Positions 48,935 to 58,716 are shown, numbered from the stretch's first letter. The stretch: DNA of 64,000 bases from an uncultured Aliarcobacter sp. (GCA_963664305.2 CAXXLV010000001.1:768001-832000); one strand, 5' to 3'. A program made the numbers and translations. The notes: generated by a model not told the origin, from the letters alone.

Positions 48935-49849
48935 ATCGAAGCTATATTTTCTGTTTTACCCGTTTATTTTTTTATTTTATTAGGTTTTACTGCAAAAAAG
49001 ATTTTTACTAACCAACTAGATGAGAGAACATTAGTTTTATTATCTCTTTATTTCTTTCAACCTATTCTTATATTTTGGGGATTGACAAAAAGACCTATTG
49101 ATTATGAATTTATTGCTTCCCCAATTTTATATTTTATTATTCTATTAATTTCTCTTGTTATATTAATTTTTGTTAGTAAAAAAATATTTTCAGAAAGACA
49201 AGACCAGTCAATTTATTTAGCAACAGCTTTGATAGGAAATACTGGAAATCTTGGAATTCCATTAGGGATTGCATTATTTGGTATAGAATCTGTTCCTTAC
49301 ACAAGTATTATTAACATTGCAAATACATTGTTTATTTATATTTTTTCAGTTTATTATTTTGCACGAGATAAATTTTCTATTAAGCAAGCAATTATTTCAA
49401 TTATGAAGATTCCTGGTATTTGGTTTGCAATTTTTGCTTTGATAATTAATTCTCAAGGAATTAGTATAAATAAATATGTTTATACTGCACTTGAAATGGG
49501 TGCATATACTTCAATGGTAATTCAACTTTTTATATTTGGTATGTACTTATCTAGTGTAAAAGTCAAAGTTTTACCTTGGTATTCATCTTTACATATTAGT
49601 TTTGTAAAGCATATTTTATTACCTGCAATTGGAATAATTGTTATTGTAAATTTTACAAATTTAAATTCATATGTTGCATCTATTTTAATTATGGAACTTA
49701 TGGTTCCTCTAGCTGTAAATAATGTCAATCTTGCTGCTTTATATCATTGTAAACCTTATGATGTTGCTGCATCTATTTTAATATCAAGTGTAGTATTTGT
49801 TTCTTTTTTATATTTTTATATTCAAATTATTAAATATTTTATTAAGTAG
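48935..49849 (+). CDS. AEC (auxin efflux carrier) family transporter; apparent start codon ATC
   Basis: GNTGNLGIPL and P.AVN motifs; frame extends 49 codons upstream of the TTG at 49082 (IEAIFSVLPVYFFILLGF...QPILIFWG) to an ATC with AGGA SD; in-frame stop at 48914. Confidence 0.8.
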   Translation: MEAIFSVLPVYFFILLGFTAKKIFTNQLDERTLVLLSLYFFQPILIFWGLTKRPIDYEFIASPILYFIILLISLVILIFVSKKIFSERQDQSIYLATALIGNTGNLGIPLGIALFGIESVPYTSIINIANTLFIYIFSVYYFARDKFSIKQAIISIMKIPGIWFAIFALIINSQGISINKYVYTALEMGAYTSMVIQLFIFGMYLSSVKVKVLPWYSSLHISFVKHILLPAIGIIVIVNFTNLNSYVASILIMELMVPLAVNNVNLAALYHCKPYDVAASILISSVVFVSFLYFYIQIIKYFIK

Positions 49850-49854
49850 TTTAT

Positions 49855-51645
49855 ATGTGTGGAATAATTGGTACAAACTTTATATCAGAAAGATTTGATA
49901 AATCTTTAGAACTTTTACATCATAGAGGTCCAGACTTTCAGAATTCAATTAAAATTGATAACAAACAATTTGGTCATACAAGACTAGCAATTATTGATTT
50001 AGATGAAGAAGCAAATCAACCTATGATATTTGATGATATTTTACTTGTTTTTAATGGAGAGATTTACAACTATAAAGAATTGATTCACGTGGAACATTTA
50101 GAGTGTAAAACAAAAAGTGATAGTGAAGTATTAATAAGACTTTATCAAAAGTATGGATTTGATTTTTTAAATAAACTAAATGGGATGTTTTCTTTTTGTA
50201 TTTATGATATGAAAAAAGATTTATATTTTTGTGCACGTGATAGATATGGTAAAAAACCATTTTTTTACTATTTTAAAGATAATAAGTTTATTTTTTCATC
50301 AAGTGTAAAATCAATTTTAAATCTACTTGATTATAAACCAAATCTAAATAAAGTAGCACTTTCAAAATATATGCAATATTTTGTATCTTTAGGTGAAGAT
50401 TCTTTCTATAATGATATTTTTAAATTAGAAGCTTCATCATATATGATTTATGAGCCAAATAAAAGCACTGAGCTTCAAAAGAAGAAATATTACAAGATAA
50501 ATACCTATAAAGCTATAAAAGACGAAAAACAAGCTTTAAATGACATTGAAGAGCTTTTATTTAAAAGTGTTGAATATAGACTTAATAGTGATGTTGAAGT
50601 TGCTTCACTTTTAAGTGGTGGAATTGATAGTTCATTAATCTCTGCACTTTATACAAAAATTTCTGGAAAGAAAATTAATACCTTTAGTATTGGTTATGAT
50701 GAATATAAAAATTATTGTGAGTTAGATTTTGCACAAATTACTGCAAAGCACATAAACTCAAATCATCATCCAGTAGAGATAAATCAAAAAGAGTATATCA
50801 ATCATTTTGAGCAAACTCTTGATATGCTTGAAGAACCTCATGGAGATAGTGCAGCGATTCCTTTAAATATTTTAACAAAACAAATACATCAAGCTGGAAT
50901 AAAAACTGTATTGTCAGGTGAAGGGAGTGATGAGATATTTTTGGGTTATGATAACTATTCAAAATTTCTAAAGTATTATGAATTTGAAAAGAGTTTATCA
51001 AATGAACAAAATATTTTTTTAAATGACATAATTGGAGCTTTACAAAATAATACAAAAGAGAGTGAATATTTAAGAAGAATTGTAAAAAAACAAAATCTTT
51101 ATAACTCTTTTGGGGAAATATATACAGATATTCAAAGAAAAAGATTATTCAAAAAAGTTCCAACATATAAAGGTGAAACAGCAAAACAAGATCCAGTTGA
51201 TTGGATGAGTTATATTGATTTAAAAATATGGCTAGGAGAATCACTTTTATCAAAAGTAGATAGAATATCTATGGGTAACTCTTTGGAGGTTAGAACACCA
51301 TTTCTGGACGTCAATTTAGTTAATTATATGTTTAGTGTGGAATCAGCCATAAAAGTTGGTGATACAAATAAATATCTATTAAAAAAAATTGCTTCAAAAT
51401 ATATTCCAGAAACTATAATAAACAGAACAAAAAAAGGTTTTAATTCTCCATTTAATGAGTGGCTTAATAAAGAGTATAAAGATAAAGTTCTTGATGTTAT
51501 AGTTGAAGTAAATAATGCAACAAATTTATTTAATCATGAGTATATATTACATATTTATCAATTATCTAAATCAAATAAATTTAAACAACATTTATATTCA
51601 CTTTTTGTTTTCTCTTTATGGTACAAAAAGGAATTTTTATCTTAA
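49855..51645 (+). CDS. asnB: asparagine synthase (glutamine-hydrolysing) family amidotransferase
   Basis: MCGI N-terminal nucleophile, HRGPD, NGEIYN, RDRYGKKP, LSGGIDSS, SGEGSDE, LEVRTPF. Confidence 0.92.
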   Translation: MCGIIGTNFISERFDKSLELLHHRGPDFQNSIKIDNKQFGHTRLAIIDLDEEANQPMIFDDILLVFNGEIYNYKELIHVEHLECKTKSDSEVLIRLYQKYGFDFLNKLNGMFSFCIYDMKKDLYFCARDRYGKKPFFYYFKDNKFIFSSSVKSILNLLDYKPNLNKVALSKYMQYFVSLGEDSFYNDIFKLEASSYMIYEPNKSTELQKKKYYKINTYKAIKDEKQALNDIEELLFKSVEYRLNSDVEVASLLSGGIDSSLISALYTKISGKKINTFSIGYDEYKNYCELDFAQITAKHINSNHHPVEINQKEYINHFEQTLDMLEEPHGDSAAIPLNILTKQIHQAGIKTVLSGEGSDEIFLGYDNYSKFLKYYEFEKSLSNEQNIFLNDIIGALQNNTKESEYLRRIVKKQNLYNSFGEIYTDIQRKRLFKKVPTYKGETAKQDPVDWMSYIDLKIWLGESLLSKVDRISMGNSLEVRTPFLDVNLVNYMFSVESAIKVGDTNKYLLKKIASKYIPETIINRTKKGFNSPFNEWLNKEYKDKVLDVIVEVNNATNLFNHEYILHIYQLSKSNKFKQHLYSLFVFSLWYKKEFLS

Positions 51646-51696
51646 GATAAAAGATTGTAAAATCAAAAAAATTTAAACAAATATAAAAGAGAAATT

Positions 51697-51999
51697 ATGA
51701 CTATATTAATTCCTGTTAATTCAAAAGATAGACATCAATGTGTTATTTCTTCAATTGAAGAGAATAAAGCTTGGGCATTTATAACTTTAGATGAAGGAAA
51801 AATATCAAAAGTAGAATTTTTTGATAGACGTGAAGATATTTCATGTTGGATTGATGCCGTTGTTGTTATAAACAATTTAGAATATGTTTGGCCATTTATG
51901 GATGAAGGTATTATTGCTTTAGTTGCTCCAACACAAAAAAGTATAGATGAAATTGTTGAAGCATTTTTATTCAAAGATTTACACGATTTTTCAATTTAA
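51697..51999 (+). CDS. hypothetical protein, possibly a divergent NifX/NifB (IMCB) fold
   Basis: MTILIP start, AFITLDEGKI..VEF, IDAVVV and SIDEIVEAF resemble NifX-family topology; coupled to bluB (TAATG). Confidence 0.55.
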   Translation: MTILIPVNSKDRHQCVISSIEENKAWAFITLDEGKISKVEFFDRREDISCWIDAVVVINNLEYVWPFMDEGIIALVAPTQKSIDEIVEAFLFKDLHDFSI

Positions 52000-52619
52000 T
52001 GAAATTTACTAAAAAAGATTTAGACACACTTACAAATATTATTGCCTCAAGACGTGATGTTAGAGGCAATAACTTCATAAATAAAAAAATATCAAGTAAA
52101 AAATTAAATATGATATTGGAGTCTGCACTTCATGCTCCTTCTGTTGGTTATTCTCAGCCTTGGAGATTTATTATAGTTGATGAAGAAAAACGTGATATTG
52201 TTTATAAACACTTTAGTAAATCATTTGAAAAGAGTAAAGATAAATTTAAAGATAGACCTTTATATAACAATTTAAAACTTGAAGGTATTAAAGAATCAAA
52301 TATTAATATTGCTGTTTATTATAAAAAAAGTTCTAATAACATTTTAGGACAAACTTATATGAAAAGAACAGGTGAATATTCTGTTGTTTGTGCAATACTT
52401 AATATGTGGCTTACTGCTCGAGCTTTAAATATTGGAATGGGATGGGTTTCTATTTTAAAACCAAAAAAAATTAATAAAATATTTAATATAAATAAAGATG
52501 AATATAAATTTATTGCATATCTTTGTTTTGGTTATACAAAAGAGTTTTATGATGAACCAGAATTAAAGAAACTAAAATGGGATAAAGAAAAAAAACTCAA
52601 AGATTGTATACTCAATTAA
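51999..52619 (+). CDS. bluB: 5,6-dimethylbenzimidazole synthase
   Basis: RRDVR, APSVGYSQPWRF, LKLEGIKE, SVVCAI.NMWL.ARA..IGMGWVS. Confidence 0.88.
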   Translation: MKFTKKDLDTLTNIIASRRDVRGNNFINKKISSKKLNMILESALHAPSVGYSQPWRFIIVDEEKRDIVYKHFSKSFEKSKDKFKDRPLYNNLKLEGIKESNINIAVYYKKSSNNILGQTYMKRTGEYSVVCAILNMWLTARALNIGMGWVSILKPKKINKIFNINKDEYKFIAYLCFGYTKEFYDEPELKKLKWDKEKKLKDCILN

Positions 52620-52674
52620 GCCTTTTAATATTCTCCTACTAATATAATGCCTTTTTATTAAAAAAGGAGTACAA

Positions 52675-53742
52675 ATGAAAAAAATCTTTGTTAAATTATC
52701 CTTTTTATTTGTTTGTTCAAGTTTAATTACTTTAGCACAAGCAGATGATAAAGTATATAAATTAACAATGGCAACTACATGGACTGAAACTACTTCACCT
52801 TTGTATGACACTGCTGAAAATATGGCTAAATTAGCTCATTCTATGTCTAATGGTAGACTTGAAATTAGAATTGATAGTGCAAATAAACACAAATCACCTT
52901 TTGGTGTTTTAGATATGGTTAAAGGTGGTCAATATGATATGGCACACACAACATCATATTATTGGAAAGGAAAAGATATAAATACTTTACCTTTTACATC
53001 AATGCCATTTGGTCTAACTTCACCTGAGCAATATGCATGGTTTTACTACGGTGGTGGTTTAGAATTAATGCAAAAAGTTTATTCTAAACATGGACTATAT
53101 TCTTTCCCTGGTGGAAGTACAGGTGTTCAAATGGGGGGATGGTTTAGAAAAGAGATCAACTCTCTTGATGACTTGAAAGGTCTAAAAATGAGAATCCCAG
53201 GTTTTGCTGGTGAGATTATGGCAAAACTTGGTGTTCAAGTTACAAATAATGCTCCAGGAGAACTTTATACTTCATTAGAAAGAAATACAATTGATGCATT
53301 AGAATGGGTTGGTCCATCGATGGATATTAGTATGGGATTCCATAAAATTGCTCCTTATTATTATACTGGTTGGCATGAACCTGCATCTGAAATGCAATAT
53401 ATTATTAACATAAAAAAGTTTGAAAAATTACCTGCAGATTTAAAAGAGATTTTAATTGTTGCTATGAGAGTAAGTGCATATGATATGTATATTCAAAATT
53501 ACGATATGAATGCAAATGCATGGCAAAAAATGAAAAATGAGTATCCTAATATCAAGGTAAAAACTTTTCCAAAACCTGTAATGGATGCAATGAAAAAAGC
53601 GAATCTTGAATTAAGAACTGAAATGTCAAAAGATAATCCATTATTAAAAGAAGTTTTGGATTCACAAGATGCATATATGAAAAAAGTTAGAGAATGGACT
53701 AAAATGTCAGATTATCTATACTTAAAAGATAATTTAGAATAG
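52675..53742 (+). CDS. dctP: second (orphan) TRAP substrate-binding protein, paralogue of 35514-36578
   Basis: Long near-identical stretches with the first dctP (NKHKSP.G.LDMVKGGQYDM, PEQYAWFYYGGG, MSDYLYLKDNL). Confidence 0.9.
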   Translation: MKKIFVKLSFLFVCSSLITLAQADDKVYKLTMATTWTETTSPLYDTAENMAKLAHSMSNGRLEIRIDSANKHKSPFGVLDMVKGGQYDMAHTTSYYWKGKDINTLPFTSMPFGLTSPEQYAWFYYGGGLELMQKVYSKHGLYSFPGGSTGVQMGGWFRKEINSLDDLKGLKMRIPGFAGEIMAKLGVQVTNNAPGELYTSLERNTIDALEWVGPSMDISMGFHKIAPYYYTGWHEPASEMQYIINIKKFEKLPADLKEILIVAMRVSAYDMYIQNYDMNANAWQKMKNEYPNIKVKTFPKPVMDAMKKANLELRTEMSKDNPLLKEVLDSQDAYMKKVREWTKMSDYLYLKDNLE

Positions 53743-53760
53743 AGATTTCCTCTATTCTAA
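53734..53760. terminator. bidirectional hairpin between dctP2 and the sdhB-like gene
   Basis: TTAGAATAGAG-atttc-CTCTATTCTAA. Confidence 0.65.
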
Positions 53761-54488
53761 AATCCATTCGGATTAAATCCTCCTCCAAAATCATCATTAA
53801 AATCAAAAGAAAAATTCTGAAAGTTAGGATTTGAATAACCTTTTTGTACAGATATATTTTGTAATTGCATTATATCTGCTTTTGGGTCAATTCCTTGAGG
53901 ACAAACCAATGTACAAGCACTACATAATGTACAATCCCAAATTCCATCAGTTTGTATATTTGAAATAATATTATCGTTAGATTCTAATCTCTCATCATTT
54001 ACATATCTTAATGCCCTACTCAATGCAAATGGGCCAATGAAACTATCTTTTACATCATAAACTGGACAAGAACTAAAACATGAATTACATAAAATACAAT
54101 TACTTTGTAAATCTATTTTATCTATATTTTCTTGCTTTATTTCTTTATTAGAATTTTTATCTATAAAGCTTTTTGTTTTGTTGATTAGTAATGTTTCATG
54201 TGAAACATTTACTACTAAATCCTTTATTACTTCAATATTCTTTAATGGTTCAATTAAATCATCTTCTTTAATAAAGACTTTACATGCTAATTTTTCTATA
54301 CCATTAACTTTTACTGCACATGAACCACAAACTCCACTTTTGCATCCACATCTAAAAGATAAAGTTGAATCAATATCTTCTTTTATCTCAATTAGTGCTT
54401 TTAGTAAATTTGTATTATTAACTTCATAAGTTTTAATATTTGAATCAACAGATATTTCTGGATTAAATCTTTTAATTCTAATTTTCAT
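53757..54488 (-). CDS. SdhB/FrdB-like iron-sulfur subunit
   Basis: GCKSGVCGSC...LAC [2Fe-2S]; CILCNSCFSSCP; CTLCSACTLVCP. Confidence 0.88.
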   Translation of the reverse strand: MKIRIKRFNPEISVDSNIKTYEVNNTNLLKALIEIKEDIDSTLSFRCGCKSGVCGSCAVKVNGIEKLACKVFIKEDDLIEPLKNIEVIKDLVVNVSHETLLINKTKSFIDKNSNKEIKQENIDKIDLQSNCILCNSCFSSCPVYDVKDSFIGPFALSRALRYVNDERLESNDNIISNIQTDGIWDCTLCSACTLVCPQGIDPKADIMQLQNISVQKGYSNPNFQNFSFDFNDDFGGGFNPNGF

Positions 54489-56088
54489 TTTGTGCCTCAA
54501 ATCTAAAAGCTATTTCATTATCTATTAATTGAATTGTTGATGATTTATTATAATCTTCTTTCTTTTCTGGAAAATCTATTCTATAATGCGAACCTCTGCT
54601 TTCTTCTCTAGTAAGAGCACTTATAACAACTAGTTTAGATACCTCTAAAATGTTTTTAAATTCAAGTAAATCTATTAAATTCTTATTGTAAATTTTTGAT
54701 TTATCATCTATACCAAATTTATTTATATTGATAGAAATCTCGTCAATAATATTTACTATTTCATCAAGCTTTTTCTTTTCTTTAAATATCCCTGCATCTT
54801 CAAAAAGTTTATTTGTTAAATACTCTTTAGTTTTGTAGAAATTTATATCACTATTATTTGTAAATATTTCATCAATTTTTGTTTTAGTATTTTTTATTTG
54901 TTTAGAATCACTTTCTTCAAAATCTGCTAAAGTTTTTGCTTTATTTGATGCATATATTCCTATATGTTTACCTAAAGTGATTATTTCAAGTAAAGAGTTT
55001 CCTCCTAATCTATTTGCACCATGTATTGATGCATTTGCACATTCACCAACTGCGTAAAGATTTGTTATATTAGTTTCACCATTGATATTTGTTTTTATAC
55101 CACCCATAGTATAATGGGCTGAAGGTATTATAGGTAAAAGTTCTTCTTCTATTTTTATATTTGAAAACTCAAATGCAAGCTTTCTTTCTTGAGGGATTAA
55201 TTCATTAATTTTATCAAGACCTAGATGTCTTAAATCAAGAAATATATCTTCTTTATTTAGTATTCTTTCATAAATAGCCTTTGTTACTTCATCTCTTGAT
55301 TTTAATTCATCAATAAATCTATTTCCATCTTTATCTACTAAATACGCACCCTCACCTCTAGCACTTTCACTTATTAAAATATTTGAATTGAGTAAAGTTG
55401 TAGGATGAAATTGTACAAATTCCATATTAGAAAGTGTTACACCTGCTTTAAATGCAACAGCAATACCATCTGCACTATTTGAATAAGAATTAGTTGTATT
55501 ATTTGAATAAATACCAGCATATCCACCAGTAGCTAAAATAGTAGTTTTAGCAGATACAGAGATAATATTGCCATTTTTTATATCAAAAAATATTGCACCT
55601 TTACATTGATCGTTTTCTATTATTAAATCTAATAAAAAATGTTCGTTATAAAATTCTATATTCTCTTTTATACATTGATCAAACAATGTATGCATTATTT
55701 TTAAGCCAGTATAATCACTAGAATAACAAGTTCTTAGATATTTTGTTCCACCAAATTTTCTTTGTGAAAATTTGCCATCATCTGTTCGATTAAAAGGAAC
55801 ACCTATTGAATCAAGCCACAAAATTGTATCTTTTGCATTGTTACATAAAAAAGAGATATTGTTTTTATTAGCAAGGAAATGAGCTGCATTATATGTATCG
55901 TTTATATGATTTTCAATTGAATCAAAATCTTCATATAAAACAGTATTTATACCACCTTGAGCTTGTACGGTTTGAGAGTGAGTAGGAAAAGTTTTTGAAA
56001 CAACTAAAACAGTTGAATTGTTCTTTTTTGCATTAAGTGCAGCAGTTAACCCTGCTCCACCTGAACCAATAATTAATACATCAATCAT
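54478..56088 (-). CDS. SdhA/FrdA-like flavoprotein (His to Gln at the flavinylation site)
   Basis: GSGGAG, SQTVQAQGG, QFHPT, SESARGEG, SRDEV, HYTMGG, HGANRLGGNSL, REESRGSHYR. Confidence 0.88.
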   Translation of the reverse strand: MIDVLIIGSGGAGLTAALNAKKNNSTVLVVSKTFPTHSQTVQAQGGINTVLYEDFDSIENHINDTYNAAHFLANKNNISFLCNNAKDTILWLDSIGVPFNRTDDGKFSQRKFGGTKYLRTCYSSDYTGLKIMHTLFDQCIKENIEFYNEHFLLDLIIENDQCKGAIFFDIKNGNIISVSAKTTILATGGYAGIYSNNTTNSYSNSADGIAVAFKAGVTLSNMEFVQFHPTTLLNSNILISESARGEGAYLVDKDGNRFIDELKSRDEVTKAIYERILNKEDIFLDLRHLGLDKINELIPQERKLAFEFSNIKIEEELLPIIPSAHYTMGGIKTNINGETNITNLYAVGECANASIHGANRLGGNSLLEIITLGKHIGIYASNKAKTLADFEESDSKQIKNTKTKIDEIFTNNSDINFYKTKEYLTNKLFEDAGIFKEKKKLDEIVNIIDEISININKFGIDDKSKIYNKNLIDLLEFKNILEVSKLVVISALTREESRGSHYRIDFPEKKEDYNKSSTIQLIDNEIAFRFEAQNEN

Positions 56089-56090
56089 TT

Positions 56091-56465
56091 TTAATCCCAA
56101 AATTCTTTTAATGGCTCAGTTGTTTTAGAACTACTGTTTATTTCTAATTCTAATTTTTCTATGTCATCTAACACTATGCTAAAATCATTTTCTACTCTTT
56201 TGTCTTCTTCTTGAAATTCTTTTTTAACAATTTCATTTTCACTCTTTTCTTTAAGAGTACTACTTTTCTCTTTCAATTTTAAATAATCATTCATGATTTT
56301 TTCATATTCATTAAAATCTAACAATATTATTCCAGGTTTTCCATCTCTTAATACTATTGCTTTTTCTATCTCTTTTTTATTTAATTTATCAAAGATATTC
56401 TTACTTTTTCTTACTAATTCAGTAGAAGAAAACATCTCTTTAGATGTATATTGTAATAGTGGCAT
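56091..56465 (-). CDS. Phd/YefM-like antitoxin-domain protein (no adjacent toxin)
   Basis: FSSTELVRKSKNIFDKL...AIVLRDGKPGIILLDFNEYE matches the Phd/YefM N-terminal fold; acidic tail. Confidence 0.65.
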   Translation of the reverse strand: MPLLQYTSKEMFSSTELVRKSKNIFDKLNKKEIEKAIVLRDGKPGIILLDFNEYEKIMNDYLKLKEKSSTLKEKSENEIVKKEFQEEDKRVENDFSIVLDDIEKLELEINSSSKTTEPLKEFWD

Positions 56466-56754
56466 TCTAATCCTTTTACGTATTATAATATGTATTATAA
56501 CACATCTTTTAATAACTTTATTTATTAAAAATTTATAAATATTATAAAAAATTGTACAAAAAATATATAAGATAAATATCTATAATAAGGCAATTTATAA
56601 AAATGTAGAATATTTATAATAAGTAATATAATGATAATCTTGATAAATTAAGAACTAAAAAATTGATATGATTTTTCAATAAATATGTGAACTAATTTTT
56701 GAGTTTAAAATAGAGTGAAAATTTGATTTAAATGATGAATTATATAAAGCGTTT

Positions 56755-56790
56755 AAAACAACTAGAATCAATATATTCTAGTTGTTTTTT
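56755..56790. terminator. strong hairpin terminator after phoH (U-tracts on both strands)
   Basis: AAAACAACTAGAAT-caatat-ATTCTAGTTGTTTT. Confidence 0.75.
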
Positions 56791-58195
56791 ATTTTGAGAA
56801 GATTTGTTCAGCCCACTCTGTTATCGGTCCTCTAAGAACTTTTTGTAATTTAATTGCGAATATATTTACAATATTATCTTCGTTTTTAGTTGATTTAAGT
56901 AAGGTAGTTAATGCATTTGTATATTTATTTACATAGAAATTATCAATTTGTTTATTTGAACCTAAAATTACAACTTTACAACTACTATCAATTCTTGATA
57001 ATACCATTTGCATTGTTTTATTTGACATATTTTGTGCTTCGTCAATTATTATAAAAGAATTTGATAGTGTTCGTCCTCTCATTTCCCCTACCCACATAGT
57101 TTCAATTCCATAGTTACTTATCATCTGTTCAATTCTTTCAGTAACTTCTCTATCATCTAATTCAGATATCACAGTATCAGGATTTTTTTTACTTCTTTTT
57201 CTTTTATGTTCACTTCTAATAATATAATCAAGACTATCCATTAAAGGATGATTATATATTTTAAATTTTTCTTCTAAGCCTGGAAGATATCCAACATCTT
57301 CACCTTTATCTAAAGATTCAATAGAATTTCTGATGTAGATGATTTTTTGAAAGAATTTTTGACGTACTAGTTTTAATGCTCCACTTAATGCTAAAAGAGT
57401 TTTTCCTGAACCAGCTTTTGCTTCAACAATTAGAACATTGTAAAAATGACTTAAGATTGCATCACTAAAGAATAATTGCTCTTTGTTTAAAGGTGTAATT
57501 ACTTGATCTCTAATTTCTACTTCATCAAGTAATTTGATTCTTTTATTTTGAATATTTGCTAATAAAACTTGATCAGATGATTTAACTTTAAAACAGTATG
57601 AGAAATTATAAGGTTTGTATTCAGTGTCGTATTTATCAATATTTTGATTGTCAATAAATTCTAAATCATTAAAATCAATATCAATTTCTCTAATAAAATC
57701 AAAATCAAATACATCTTTATCTTTACCAACTAATGCATCAGTTTTTATATCAAGAGATATAGCTCTAGTTCTTGCCATAATATCTAAAGATAAAAATTCA
57801 ACTTGATTTTTATAATAACTATTTGCAAATGTTGCTATTTCTAAGATTTTTCTATCATTTATAATGTTTAAAGATATGTTTTTGATATTAACTTCATATT
57901 CATCTTTTGAGATGATATCAATGATAGTGTTCTTTTCATTTTCTATTTTAACTCTAATTATTTTATACGAATCTTTTTTTATGCTATTGATAATTGATGA
58001 GTTTTCTAATATTCTTGCAAATTCCCTAGCTTGAAAATTTATTTCATCAAAACCACTCTTTTTTGTATCAATTTCATCAAGAACTGTTTCAGGAAGAATT
58101 ATTAAGTTTCTGCCCTCTTGTGAAAGTTTATAGACATTTGAAGCATCTTCAAGAAGGATATTTGTATCTAATACATAGTATTTATCAAAATTCAT
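56789..58195 (-). CDS. PIN-PhoH (PhoH2-type) protein
   Basis: VLDTNILL PIN start, NDRKIL; AKAGSGKT Walker A, GYLPG...K, MRGRTL, IIDEAQN, QID. Confidence 0.9.
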   Translation of the reverse strand: MNFDKYYVLDTNILLEDASNVYKLSQEGRNLIILPETVLDEIDTKKSGFDEINFQAREFARILENSSIINSIKKDSYKIIRVKIENEKNTIIDIISKDEYEVNIKNISLNIINDRKILEIATFANSYYKNQVEFLSLDIMARTRAISLDIKTDALVGKDKDVFDFDFIREIDIDFNDLEFIDNQNIDKYDTEYKPYNFSYCFKVKSSDQVLLANIQNKRIKLLDEVEIRDQVITPLNKEQLFFSDAILSHFYNVLIVEAKAGSGKTLLALSGALKLVRQKFFQKIIYIRNSIESLDKGEDVGYLPGLEEKFKIYNHPLMDSLDYIIRSEHKRKRSKKNPDTVISELDDREVTERIEQMISNYGIETMWVGEMRGRTLSNSFIIIDEAQNMSNKTMQMVLSRIDSSCKVVILGSNKQIDNFYVNKYTNALTTLLKSTKNEDNIVNIFAIKLQKVLRGPITEWAEQIFSK

Positions 58196-58713
58196 TATTT
58201 AGCCTTTTTAGGTTTCATTATTACATAAGAAATATATGCAAATAGTATAACAATAATTGATGTAAATAAGATAGAAAAAGATTTTGTAATTACATATCCC
58301 ACAATTAGAATTGATAACATTGTTGGCATTTCATTGTACATTCTAAAAAATTTACCACTTTTTTGACATGTGTCATTTTCTAATTCTTTTCTATATTTAT
58401 TTAATGATAAAGAATAAGTAATCAATAAAACTAAAGTTATCAGTTTTGCTAACATCCAAGGATTTTGAGTAAAATCTAATAAAATAGGATTTAATGCAAG
58501 CATTGTAATACCACTAAAAATAGTAGCCCACATCGCAGGAGCACCAATATATTTATAAATCTTGTACTCTTGAATTTTAACTACTTCTACAAACTCTTTT
58601 TTTTCTATATTTTCTACGTGATATACAAAAAGTCTTGGTAAATAAAACAGCATCGCCATCCATGACATAAAAGCAACAACGTGAAAAGTTAAAACCCAAG
58701 TGTAGTATTCCAT
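58195..58713 (-). CDS. hemJ: protoporphyrinogen IX oxidase HemJ
   Basis: FHVVAFMSWMAMLFYLPRLFVYH and FFRMYNE.P. Confidence 0.88.
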   Translation of the reverse strand: MEYYTWVLTFHVVAFMSWMAMLFYLPRLFVYHVENIEKKEFVEVVKIQEYKIYKYIGAPAMWATIFSGITMLALNPILLDFTQNPWMLAKLITLVLLITYSLSLNKYRKELENDTCQKSGKFFRMYNEMPTMLSILIVGYVITKSFSILFTSIIVILFAYISYVIMKPKKAK

Positions 58714-58716
58714 TCT

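Noticed and set aside
54478..56088. Calling the flavoprotein L-aspartate oxidase NadB
   Set aside because: It is coupled to an SdhB-like Fe-S subunit and has SdhA-type features (QRKFGG...RTC, RLGGNSL rather than RLASNSL); no nadA or nadC nearby
56667..56691. ATATGATTTTTCAATAAATATGTGA resembling the dctP upstream region
   Set aside because: Match needs gaps, lacks the second half-site and the fixed -10 spacing; likely AT-rich coincidence
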